This document shows positions 37,492 to 45,913 of a stretch of 64,000 nucleotides of DNA, one piece after another. Origin of the DNA: an uncultured Gemmatimonadaceae bacterium (GTDB lineage Bacteria; Gemmatimonadota; Gemmatimonadetes; Gemmatimonadales; GWC2-71-9); assembly GCA_964348295.1 (NCBI GenBank), contig CAYGBV010000061.1, positions 23,694-87,693 on the forward strand. Reading direction: 5' to 3'. The position numbers and the translations under genes are program-made. A model generated the notes under the pieces. It was not told where the DNA came from and searched no databases. It was given only the letters and a program-made list of their open reading frames with translations. How positions within the stretch are numbered: position 1 is the first letter of the stretch; every line of letters begins with the position of its first letter.

Positions 37492-38241
37492 ATGCTGCAT
37501 GCCGCCACGGCGGCAGGAGCGACGAGTGCCGGCGGGCGGATTGAGGCCCTACAGGATCTCAATCATGACAGTGTCGCTCTCACTGGCGTCAATCTCTCCG
37601 GGGCGATGCTCGACAGTGTCCAACTCCGCGATGCGATACTGGTGAGGGCGGTCATGGACTCCGCTAGCCTCAGGTGGGCCTGCCTCACGGGTGCCAACCT
37701 CAGGGCTGCTAAGCTCAGACGTGCCCACCTCAGGGAGGCCGATCTTAGCAACGCCATCCTCCTCGGGGTCGACCTCGGGGATGCCGACCTCACGGGTGCC
37801 ATTCTCCAGGATGCCGACTACACGTGGGCCAGCCTCGCTTATGCCAACCTCTCGGAGGCCAACCTCGGGCGTGCCAACCTCAGGCATGCCGACCTCGCGC
37901 AGGCGGATCTTAGCAACGCCTTCCTCCTCAGGGCCGACCTCAGGGATGCCAACCTCAGCGGTGCTAACCTCAGGAATGCCCACCTCGGGAACGCGGAGCT
38001 CAGTAACGTAGAGAATTGGGGAAATGTGTCCCAATTCGACTTGGCCAACCTATTCGGTGTTCGGTACCCACCGTCCGGGTCCCTAGAGTTCGCGGTTGAG
38101 CGCGGCGCCGTTTGCGTCCAGGTCGAGAGGTACGAGGAGTGGACGACCATGATTCTTGAGGGCAGAGTGCCCAAACCTCCACCGGACGCAGATCTCTACG
38201 AGTACTGCAACGTGCAGCGGCCACACACTACCGGGACGTAG
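37492..38241 (+). CDS. pentapeptide-repeat protein (C-terminal part of the split gene)
   Basis: About 30 consecutive A(D/N)LxX pentads (ANLRAAKLRRAHLREADLSNAILLGVDLGDADLTGAILQDADY...). The ATG directly abuts the preceding TAG (TAGATG). Confidence 0.8.
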   Translation: MLHAATAAGATSAGGRIEALQDLNHDSVALTGVNLSGAMLDSVQLRDAILVRAVMDSASLRWACLTGANLRAAKLRRAHLREADLSNAILLGVDLGDADLTGAILQDADYTWASLAYANLSEANLGRANLRHADLAQADLSNAFLLRADLRDANLSGANLRNAHLGNAELSNVENWGNVSQFDLANLFGVRYPPSGSLEFAVERGAVCVQVERYEEWTTMILEGRVPKPPPDADLYEYCNVQRPHTTGT

Positions 38242-38289
38242 CTTGTTCAATCCGGGATTCGGTGGCTCGAGCAGCAGCGGCCCGGAAAC

Positions 38290-38713
38290 CCTGCGAGACC
38301 TGCTCCGCAAGCAGCGGGACGCAACGAAGGAAGCCGAACGGCGGCTTGGCCGGATCATCCCCTGGGTCTTTCATCGCGATGGGGAGCGCATCCGGGACTG
38401 CTACCACGCATGGCGGGCCGCCTGCCATCGAGCGGGCGTGCTTGGAACAGACGGACAGCCGAAGCGCCCGCACGACTTCCGCCGGACCGCTGTTCGGAAT
38501 CTTGAGCGAGCGGGTGTGCCGCGATCCGTGGCTATGCAGCTTATCGGCCACAAGACGGAGAGCATCTACCGCCGATATGCCATCACGAAGGAGCGGGACC
38601 TGCGTGAGGGTGTGAAGAAGCTCGCGGCGCTCGACCTCGCCGTAGGAGCTTCTCGGACCGTGCTCCCCATGAGAAAGGGCACAATTGGGGCACAATCGGC
38701 CGTCGGCGGCTGA
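38290..38713 (+). pseudogene. tyrosine recombinase/integrase, C-terminal fragment only
   Basis: HDFRRTAVRNL (HxxR) and LIGHKTESIYRRYAI (His plus catalytic Tyr) are present. About 140 aa remain, whereas full-length integrases are typically 350-400 aa. The first catalytic Arg region and the N-terminal domains are missing. Confidence 0.8.
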
Positions 38714-38835
38714 TGCCCGGGTTCCGGAAGCGGCAAAGGGCCACGCGACCTAACCGTGCGTGGCCCTTCGTCTTACCCTCAATGCCCGGGGTGGGAGTCG
38801 AACCCACACGGGGTTTCCCCCCAGGGATTTTAAGT
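38688..38835 (-). repeat. direct repeat, right copy (att-like)
   Basis: See 29822..29970. Confidence 0.9.
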
Positions 38836-38866
38836 CCCTTGCGTCTGCCCATTCCGCCACCCGGGC
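38783..38866 (-). tRNA. tRNA-Leu (anticodon UAA), type II with long variable arm
   Basis: The minus strand reads GCCCGGG-TG-GCGGAATGGGCAGACGC-A-AGGGA-CTTAAAA-TCCCT-GGGGGGAAACCCCGT-GTGGGTTCGACTCCCAC-CCCGGGC-A. All stems pair. No encoded CCA. Confidence 0.93.
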
Positions 38867-39085
38867 TACCAATTCTAACATCGCATGCAGCCGACCGCCG
38901 CGGAAGCCAACGGAAGGCTCACCACAGACGGTATCCCCCCATTCCACAAAGGGTTCCGAAGCCTGCTCGGCCGACCGGGAAGCTTGACGGGGCCCCCTGC
39001 CCTCCCCACCTTACCCGCCGTCGAGCCCACCCCGGGGCCTCCGGGGCGCCGCCCGACTCGGACTCACAACCGGTGGAGGCGTCGA

Positions 39086-39505
39086 ATGGCACTCTCCCGC
39101 TCCGCGGCCAACGCCATCGTTGCCGTGATCGTGCTGGCTGGGCTGGCCGCCATGGGGGCCATCATCTGGTACGTCGAGGAGCCCGGCCTCCGGTTACCGC
39201 TGGCGCTGCTCGCGATGATCCCCATTATGTGGGCACTCATCTGGGCCTCCAAGAAGGGGCTCACCGAGGAGTTCCAGCCTCCGCCGATGCACAAGCGGCG
39301 CTACCTCAAGCTGCGCGCCAAGGTGAAGCAGATGATCGACGAGGTCACCCGGCTCCACTGGACCATCGTGGACGGGCGGCGGGGCCTCAAGCCCGCCTCT
39401 CAGGTACAGAAGGAGGCCGACGTCATCGAGCAGCGGCTGCACGACATGATCGGCGAGCTGCGGGAGAGCGCCGGCGACATCGCCCCGGGCAAGGACTGGG
39501 ACTAG
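39086..39505 (+). CDS. hypothetical membrane protein (139 aa)
   Basis: GGAGG SD 6 nt before the ATG at 39086; two TM helices, then a charged helical tail. Confidence 0.6.
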   Translation: MALSRSAANAIVAVIVLAGLAAMGAIIWYVEEPGLRLPLALLAMIPIMWALIWASKKGLTEEFQPPPMHKRRYLKLRAKVKQMIDEVTRLHWTIVDGRRGLKPASQVQKEADVIEQRLHDMIGELRESAGDIAPGKDWD

Positions 39506-39607
39506 CCTCGCGTTCCGGGTCCGTGCCGTGACCCACTCGCGTTCGCGCACGGCGCCCCTCCGGGCGCCGTTTCCATTTCTGGAGCGCGCGGAGCCTCCGG
39601 CCGCGGG

Positions 39608-41440
39608 GTGACGGCCGCGCTCGCTCCTCAGTATCTTCCGCGCGCCATGCCTGACCTCGCCCGCCTTCGTGCGCGGCAGCGCGCCGTTTCGGCACGGGCC
39701 TCCGGCTGGGCCCATGTTCTGCTCTCCCAGCTCCCCAAGCTGGGAGTCGACGAGACCGCCCTGCTCCTCGGCTTCGCGGTCGCCATCGGGACGGTCGTCG
39801 GCCTCTCGGTAATCGTCTTCTACAAGCTGATCGACCTGGCACAGGCGGGCGCCCTGACGGCGGTGGGACGGCTCACCGGGATCGGGAGCCTGGCCATCGT
39901 CCTCGTGGTCGTGGTCGGCCTGAGCCTCACCCGACTCCTGGTGCGCTACGGCACCCACGACTCGGACGGCGAGAACATTCCCGACGTCATGCGGGCCGTG
40001 GCGAAGCGTGGCGGCGTGATCCACTCCTGGCCCGTCATGATCAAGACGGCCGCGGCCGCCATGGCGATCGGCACGGGAGGCTCGGTGGGCGCCGAGGGAC
40101 CGGTCGCCGTGGCCGGCTCCGCCCTCGGGTCGAAGATCGGCCGCTTCTTCCGCTCCGGGCCCGAGCGGCTGCGGCTGCTGGTGGGCTGCGGAGCGGCAGC
40201 CGGCATTTCGGCTGCATTCAACGCGCCCATAGCCGGGGTGTTCTTTTCCCTGGAGAAGGTCATCGGAACGTTCGGGGTCCGGGCCTTCCCACCGGTTCTC
40301 GTTGCCAGCGTGATCGCCGCCGCCATCTCGCGGGCGGCCTTCGGCGGTACCCCCGTGATCGAGATGCCGACGGAGTACGGGGTGGGGGCCTCCAGCGAGC
40401 TGCTGCTGTACGCGCTGCTCGGTGTAGTGACCGGCGTGGTGGCCGTGCTCTACACCAGAGCCGTGTACTGGGTGCGGGGCGTGCTGGGGCGGATCGAGCG
40501 GGTGTGGCCGCAGCTCCTGGTCGGCGCGCTGATCGTAGGAGCGCTCGACGTGGTGTTCAAGGCGGACCTGTGGGGCCGCGGCCATGAGACTCTCTCCATC
40601 GACATCATAGGCGCCCGGACCGGCTACTTCCTGGTCGGCCTCGCGTTCGCCAAGATCCTCGCCACCGCTGCGACGCTCACCGTGACCCGAGCCGGCGGGG
40701 TGTTCACCCCGGCGTTGTTCATCGGCGCCACGCTGGCAGGTGGGCTGGGCCGCGCGGCCACGGAGCTGGTGCCCGGGTTCACCATCGCCCCCGAGGCGTT
40801 CGCGCTCGTGGGGATGGCCGGGCTGGTCGCCGGGAGCACCCACGCGCCGCTCACCGCCATCATGATCGTGTTCGAGATGACGAGCGACTACGCGCTGATC
40901 CTCCCACTCATGCTGTGCGGCGCGGTCGCATACATCACCGCGCGCCGTATCCACCCGGAGTCGATCTACTCCGAGTGGCTGGTGCGAAGAGGCGAGACCA
41001 TCCACCTCGGGCGCGACTCGGCGGTCATGGAGCGGCTGCGCGTGCGCGACTCGTTCAATCCCGACCCCCAGGTGATCGGGGAGGACGCGACGGTGCAGCA
41101 GATCCTCAAGGCCATCGGCGCGAGCCCGCAGATCGAGTTCCCGGTCATGGACGAGGAGCTGAGGCTCGTGGGGATGCTCACCTACGACGACCTGCGTACC
41201 GTGCTGTCGGACGCGGACCGGTTCGCCTCCGTGGTGGTGGCCGGCGACCTTGCGAGCCCGCACTTCGAGCGGGTGACCCCGGGCGACTCCCTCGCCACCG
41301 CCTTGCAGAAGCTGGCGGTCCGAGGGAGCCACTACATCCCGGTGGTGGACGCGGGAGATTCGGAGCGGCTGCTGGGCGTCATCGGGCGCCAGGAGATCCT
41401 GGCTGCGTACGACCGGGAGCTGCTGCGCAAGCCGGATTAG
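39608..41440 (+). CDS. ClC-family voltage-gated chloride channel / H+-Cl- antiporter with C-terminal CBS pair
   Basis: GSVGAEGP, GVFFSLE and GGVFTPALF selectivity motifs. Two CBS-like repeats at the C-terminus. Start is GTG 39608 or ATG 39647. Confidence 0.9.
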   Translation: MTAALAPQYLPRAMPDLARLRARQRAVSARASGWAHVLLSQLPKLGVDETALLLGFAVAIGTVVGLSVIVFYKLIDLAQAGALTAVGRLTGIGSLAIVLVVVVGLSLTRLLVRYGTHDSDGENIPDVMRAVAKRGGVIHSWPVMIKTAAAAMAIGTGGSVGAEGPVAVAGSALGSKIGRFFRSGPERLRLLVGCGAAAGISAAFNAPIAGVFFSLEKVIGTFGVRAFPPVLVASVIAAAISRAAFGGTPVIEMPTEYGVGASSELLLYALLGVVTGVVAVLYTRAVYWVRGVLGRIERVWPQLLVGALIVGALDVVFKADLWGRGHETLSIDIIGARTGYFLVGLAFAKILATAATLTVTRAGGVFTPALFIGATLAGGLGRAATELVPGFTIAPEAFALVGMAGLVAGSTHAPLTAIMIVFEMTSDYALILPLMLCGAVAYITARRIHPESIYSEWLVRRGETIHLGRDSAVMERLRVRDSFNPDPQVIGEDATVQQILKAIGASPQIEFPVMDEELRLVGMLTYDDLRTVLSDADRFASVVVAGDLASPHFERVTPGDSLATALQKLAVRGSHYIPVVDAGDSERLLGVIGRQEILAAYDRELLRKPD

Positions 41441-41456
41441 GCCCTCCCGCAGTTCG

Positions 41457-41485
41457 TTGACTTTCCCGTGCATCCGGGATAAAGT
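41457..41485 (+). promoter_or_regulatory. candidate sigma70 promoter of the FadL-like operon
   Basis: TTGACT, 17 nt, then TAAAGT, ending 30 nt upstream of the ATG at 41516. Confidence 0.45.
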
Positions 41486-41515
41486 CGCGACATCACTCTC
41501 ACGGCGGGGTACGGA

Positions 41516-42928
41516 ATGAGACGAGCGACTTCTGGTCTGGCAGTTGCCGTGGCGCTCGCCGCACTCCCGGGCACGCTCGTGGCCCAGGGATTCCAGGTGA
41601 ACGAGCACGGCACGTGCGTGATGGGTCGGGCGGGTACCGGCGTCGCCTCACCCTGCGAAGACGGGTCATCGATCTTCTACAATCCAGCCGGTATCGCCGG
41701 AATGCAGGGTTGGACCGTGAGCGCCGGGGTGAGCGGCATTTACGCCTTCGGCGGCTTCACCGCCGATCTCACCGGGGCGGAGACCGACCTCGAGAACGAC
41801 ATCGTCCCAGTGCCACACGCCTACGTGGTGTACGGCAAGGACAAGTGGGCGGCGGGGCTCGGCTTCTTCGTACCGTACGGGCTGGGCACGGAATGGCCGC
41901 TGGCATTCGAGGGCCGCTTCCTCGGCTACGACAACGACCTGCGCTCGTTGTACTTCCAGCCCTCCGCGGCGTACCAGGTGCTCGACTGGCTCATGCTCGG
42001 CGCCGGTCTGGACATCGTGATCGGCTCGGTAGAGCTGAACCAGCGGCTCGATCTCTCGGCCGTGGAGCTGCCGCTGCCCAGCCTGCCCCCGGGCACGACG
42101 GTGGGCCAGCTGGGCATTCCCTTCCACACGCAATTCGCCGACGGCCGGCTCCACGCCAGTGGGGCCACCGGCTTCGGCGGGAACTTCGGCGTCCGCATCA
42201 AGCCGGTCGAGTCGGTGGACATCGGGGTCCGCTACCTCACGCGGGTGACGCTCGACTACGAGGGCGATGCCACGTTCCGGCAGGTCGCGAGCGGCCTGAT
42301 CATCCCGCCCAACAGCGGGATCGCCCTCGCCCTGGGGCTCGACCCGAGCCAGCCGCTGCCCGTGGACTCCCTGGTCGCCGGCCTCGACCTGTTCAGCACC
42401 GGCCGCCCGCTCTCCGACCAGACCGTCAACACATCGATCACCATGCCCGATCAGCTGACCGTGGGCGTGGCGATCGACGCGTTCGACGACCTCAAGGTGC
42501 TGGCGGAGTGGCAGTGGGTGAACTGGTCGCTGTTCGACGAGCTCGTGGCAGCGTTCGAGTATCAGGACACCCTCAGGTTGGAAGAGGGTTATGGCGACAC
42601 CAACGGCTTCCGCTTCGGCCTCGACTGGGTGACCAGCGACAAGGTGAACCTGCGGGGCGGCTACCTCTACCACCAGGCCGCCGCGCCCGACGAGACGGTG
42701 ACACCGTTGTTGCCCGAGGGGAACCGCAACGAGTTCACTGCGGGCGCGGGCATCAGGTTCAGCAACAGCTTCGCGCTCGACCTGGCCTATCAGTACATCC
42801 GTCAGGACAAGCGCCGCGGCCGCGTGCGCGACGCCCCAGCGGGGCAGTCGCCGACCGTGGAGTTGAACAGCGGGCTGTACACGTTCAACGCTCACCTCAT
42901 CGCCGCCACCCTCACGGTGCACTTCTAG
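41516..42928 (+). CDS. FadL/TodX-family outer-membrane transporter for hydrophobic compounds
   Basis: Signal peptide, then the N-terminal hatch-like QGFQVNEHGTCVMGRAGTGVASP...IFYNPAGIA. Long beta-barrel ending in an aromatic residue (TLTVHF). Confidence 0.8.
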   Translation: MRRATSGLAVAVALAALPGTLVAQGFQVNEHGTCVMGRAGTGVASPCEDGSSIFYNPAGIAGMQGWTVSAGVSGIYAFGGFTADLTGAETDLENDIVPVPHAYVVYGKDKWAAGLGFFVPYGLGTEWPLAFEGRFLGYDNDLRSLYFQPSAAYQVLDWLMLGAGLDIVIGSVELNQRLDLSAVELPLPSLPPGTTVGQLGIPFHTQFADGRLHASGATGFGGNFGVRIKPVESVDIGVRYLTRVTLDYEGDATFRQVASGLIIPPNSGIALALGLDPSQPLPVDSLVAGLDLFSTGRPLSDQTVNTSITMPDQLTVGVAIDAFDDLKVLAEWQWVNWSLFDELVAAFEYQDTLRLEEGYGDTNGFRFGLDWVTSDKVNLRGGYLYHQAAAPDETVTPLLPEGNRNEFTAGAGIRFSNSFALDLAYQYIRQDKRRGRVRDAPAGQSPTVELNSGLYTFNAHLIAATLTVHF

Positions 42929-42940
42929 GAGGATCACGAC

Positions 42941-44161
42941 ATGATTCGCCGAACCATGAAGTGGATTCCGACAGTGGCCGTCGCGGGCGTGGCGTTGCTG
43001 GGAGCTTGTGACGACGACATTGTCAACCCGCCGACGTCCGACGTGGATGCGCTGTTCAACAAGTACGTCGCCATCGGCAACTCCATCACGGCGGGGTTCC
43101 AGTCGGGCGGGATCAGCGACTCCACACAGTTACTCTCGTATGCTCAGATACTTGCCGCGCAGATGGGGGTCAGCGAATTCAACGCTCCCCTCATGAACCG
43201 GCCCGGCTGCCCACCGCCGCTGATCAACGTGTTCACGCAGGACCGTGGCGGCTACGCCGACGACTTCTGCGACAACCTGCGCGTGGCGCCGATCCCGGAG
43301 TACCTGCACAACGTCGCCGTGCCCGGCGCCGCGGTCATCGACGCGCTGACCAACCTCAGCCCGGCGAGCGGCCCCAACCCGCTCACCACGTTCTTCCTGG
43401 GCGGCCGCACGCAGCTCGAGGCAGCCGCCGAGGTAGAGCCCACGTTCGTCTCGGTCTGGATCGGGAACAACGACGTGCTCGAAGCGATCCTGGATGAGAC
43501 GAACGCGGGCGATCCGGCGCTGATCACCGACCCCGCTGAGTTCGAGGCCAACTACACGGCCATGATGGACAGCATCGACGCCTTCGGTTCGGTCGAGGGC
43601 GGCGCGCTGATTGGCGTCGTGCAGGTGGGGCTCGCGCCGTACCTGAGCCAGGGGCGCGCGTACTTCGCGGCCGCCGCAGCCGTTCCGGCCCTCACGGTCC
43701 TCCCCAACTGCCTGACCGACTTCTTCGTGATCCCGGGGACGACGGACACGCTGTGGGTCTCGGTGCCGTTCCACTACGGCGCGCCGATCTTCGGGGCGGC
43801 GGCGCTGGGCCTTCCCCAGACGCTCGACTGTTCGGTACCAGAAGTTGTCTCCTCGGCCGAGATGCTAAACATGGTCAGCAGCGTTGAGGCCTACAACGCG
43901 ACGATTGCGGCCGAGGCCACGGCGCGTGGCTGGGCGTACCTCGATCCCAACCCCATCCTCGAGGACCTGCTGCAGGACCCGACGGCGATCCGCCCGTTCC
44001 CGGCATTCAACCCGTTGGACCCGCAGCACGAGACCGCGCCATTCGGCTGGGCGCTGAGCCGCGACGGGATCCACCCCAGCTCCCTGTCACACGAGGGTGT
44101 CGCCGAGGGGCTGATCGCGCTGATCAACGCGACGTACGGCACCGATATCCCGGAGCCGTAG
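42941..44161 (+). CDS. SGNH/GDSL-family hydrolase lipoprotein
   Basis: Lipobox VALLGAC. Block I VAIGNSITAGF with the nucleophile Ser, and block III IGNNDV. Confidence 0.8.
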   Translation: MIRRTMKWIPTVAVAGVALLGACDDDIVNPPTSDVDALFNKYVAIGNSITAGFQSGGISDSTQLLSYAQILAAQMGVSEFNAPLMNRPGCPPPLINVFTQDRGGYADDFCDNLRVAPIPEYLHNVAVPGAAVIDALTNLSPASGPNPLTTFFLGGRTQLEAAAEVEPTFVSVWIGNNDVLEAILDETNAGDPALITDPAEFEANYTAMMDSIDAFGSVEGGALIGVVQVGLAPYLSQGRAYFAAAAAVPALTVLPNCLTDFFVIPGTTDTLWVSVPFHYGAPIFGAAALGLPQTLDCSVPEVVSSAEMLNMVSSVEAYNATIAAEATARGWAYLDPNPILEDLLQDPTAIRPFPAFNPLDPQHETAPFGWALSRDGIHPSSLSHEGVAEGLIALINATYGTDIPEP

Positions 44162-44242
44162 GGACGGCGCGATTTCCGAGAGACGGCATGCGGGGGGCTC
44201 GCCTTGGTGAGCCTCCCGCTTTGCTGTAGATTGCCGCCACCG

Positions 44243-45913
44243 ATGCCGAGCCCAACCACCGCGTCCCATTCGGCGGCATCGACGGTACCGCTGCGCCGCG
44301 TTCACGCTACCGTAGTGGCCGTCGTTGCCATCCTTACCGTCGGCACGGCCGCTCCGGCGGCTGCGCAATTCCCCGACGCCTGGATCGTACCGCGCGGGGT
44401 GCTGCGCGTGAGCTTCGAGCCGCAGTACGTCAACTACGCAGAGCGGTTCGACGCAGACGGCAACATGGAACCGCTGGGCACCGACTTCTCCGACGTGGCG
44501 GCCGGTGTGCGGCTCGTGCCCACGATGTACTCGCCGCAACTCAGCATCCGCTCGATCATTGACGACTCGACGTACACGATCAACACCGGTGCGTGGCAGA
44601 CCACGCTGGACGCGGATGTCCGCCGCTTCCCGCTGAACCTGGCGCTCGGGATCAGCCACCGCCTCACCCTCACCGCCTCCGTGCCCCTCGTCTCCACCCG
44701 CATGCAGGTGAACTTCGCGGTGGACTCCACCGACGCCGACCAGGGCTGGAACCAGGCGACCGTGGAGGGGGGTATCGCGCAGATCCGGGCCCTATTGCTG
44801 GAGCTGGAGGCGGGGGCGGCATTCGTCGAGAGCCAGATTGCGGCGGGAGCCTACGGGTGTCCCTCGAGCCCGGAATGCGACCAGGCGCGGGACCTGGTAG
44901 ACCGCGCGCGGCGCCTCACGGCCGATCTGACCGTCCTCACCGGCGTGCTCCAGGACGGGAGCACGGCCGATATCCTGCCGCCGTTCGCCCCGGTTGGATC
45001 GTCGCCGGCGGGCCAGGCCATTCTCGCAGCCATCCAGAGCACCGCTACCGAGCTCGAGTCGTTGGGTGCGTCGCCGCTCAGCGCCACGCTACCGCTGCCC
45101 GGCACCCGCCTCACGGGCGAAGACGTGAACGCGATGCTGAGGGGCTCCGGCCTGGGCTACGAGGCCTTCCCGCTGGAGTTCGTGAAGTACCACCTCAAGC
45201 TGGGGGACGCCGAGGTGGGGCTCAGGTGGGGCGCCATTCAGCGCCCGAGCCTCAGGGCCGTGCTGCTGGGAGTCGTGCGGCTTCCCACCGGGCAGCGGGA
45301 TCTGCCTGACCACTTCGTGGACATTGGGACCGGCGACCGGCAGACCGACGTGGTACTCGGAGCCGAGGCGGCCTGGGAGCCAGGCAGCGTCGTGGGGCTG
45401 AACGCCACAGCATCCTACACGCTCCAGCTGGGCGACAATCTGCCGCGCCGCATCACCCCGCACGACCGTCCGATCGCGATCCTCGCGACTGAGCAGAACG
45501 TGTCCCGCAATCTCGGCGACGAGCTGCGCCTGGCGCTCTACCCGGCGCTGCGCCTCAGTCGCTCATTCTCGGCGTACGCCTCGATCTACTACTACCACAA
45601 GGGCAGGGACGCCTTCTTCCTCGACGGGGGGTTCACCATCCCGCCGGGACAGATCCAGACCGAGGTGGCGGACCTGGAGTTCGAGACCACGATGAGCAGC
45701 CTGAGCGTGGGCGCCGGGATCTACTACCGCTCGGCCAGCGGTCGCGAGGAGAGTCCCAAGCTCCCGATCGAGGCAGGCATCGACTACCGGGCGGCCTTCT
45801 CGGGCTCAGGTGGGCAGACGCCCAAGTCGTCGTCGCTGTACTTCTATCTGAGGCTGTACTGGAGGCTGTGGGGCGGCGGGAACGCTCAGGAGCCCACTAC
45901 TTCGCCACCCTGA
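44243..45913 (+). CDS. hypothetical outer-membrane protein (beta-barrel with helical insert)
   Basis: Signal peptide ...VVAILTVGTAAPAAAQ. Amphipathic beta-strand pattern at both ends and an Ala/Leu-rich helical middle. A GTG at 44204 is an alternative start. Confidence 0.6.
   Translation: MPSPTTASHSAASTVPLRRVHATVVAVVAILTVGTAAPAAAQFPDAWIVPRGVLRVSFEPQYVNYAERFDADGNMEPLGTDFSDVAAGVRLVPTMYSPQLSIRSIIDDSTYTINTGAWQTTLDADVRRFPLNLALGISHRLTLTASVPLVSTRMQVNFAVDSTDADQGWNQATVEGGIAQIRALLLELEAGAAFVESQIAAGAYGCPSSPECDQARDLVDRARRLTADLTVLTGVLQDGSTADILPPFAPVGSSPAGQAILAAIQSTATELESLGASPLSATLPLPGTRLTGEDVNAMLRGSGLGYEAFPLEFVKYHLKLGDAEVGLRWGAIQRPSLRAVLLGVVRLPTGQRDLPDHFVDIGTGDRQTDVVLGAEAAWEPGSVVGLNATASYTLQLGDNLPRRITPHDRPIAILATEQNVSRNLGDELRLALYPALRLSRSFSAYASIYYYHKGRDAFFLDGGFTIPPGQIQTEVADLEFETTMSSLSVGAGIYYRSASGREESPKLPIEAGIDYRAAFSGSGGQTPKSSSLYFYLRLYWRLWGGGNAQEPTTSPP

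Larger units (their letters stand above)
29822..38866. mobile_element. decayed integrative island at tRNA-Leu(UAA), bounded by 149-bp direct repeats
   Basis: Intact tRNA on the right, a displaced tRNA 3' half on the left, a truncated tyrosine integrase next to the tRNA, patchy low-G+C cargo and internal repeat families. Confidence 0.7.

Noticed and set aside
39194-41608. 804-aa minus-strand ORF
   Set aside because: Antisense to the ClC channel gene and the upstream membrane-protein gene. Extreme Arg/Gly/His/Asp content and no motifs; a high-G+C artefact.
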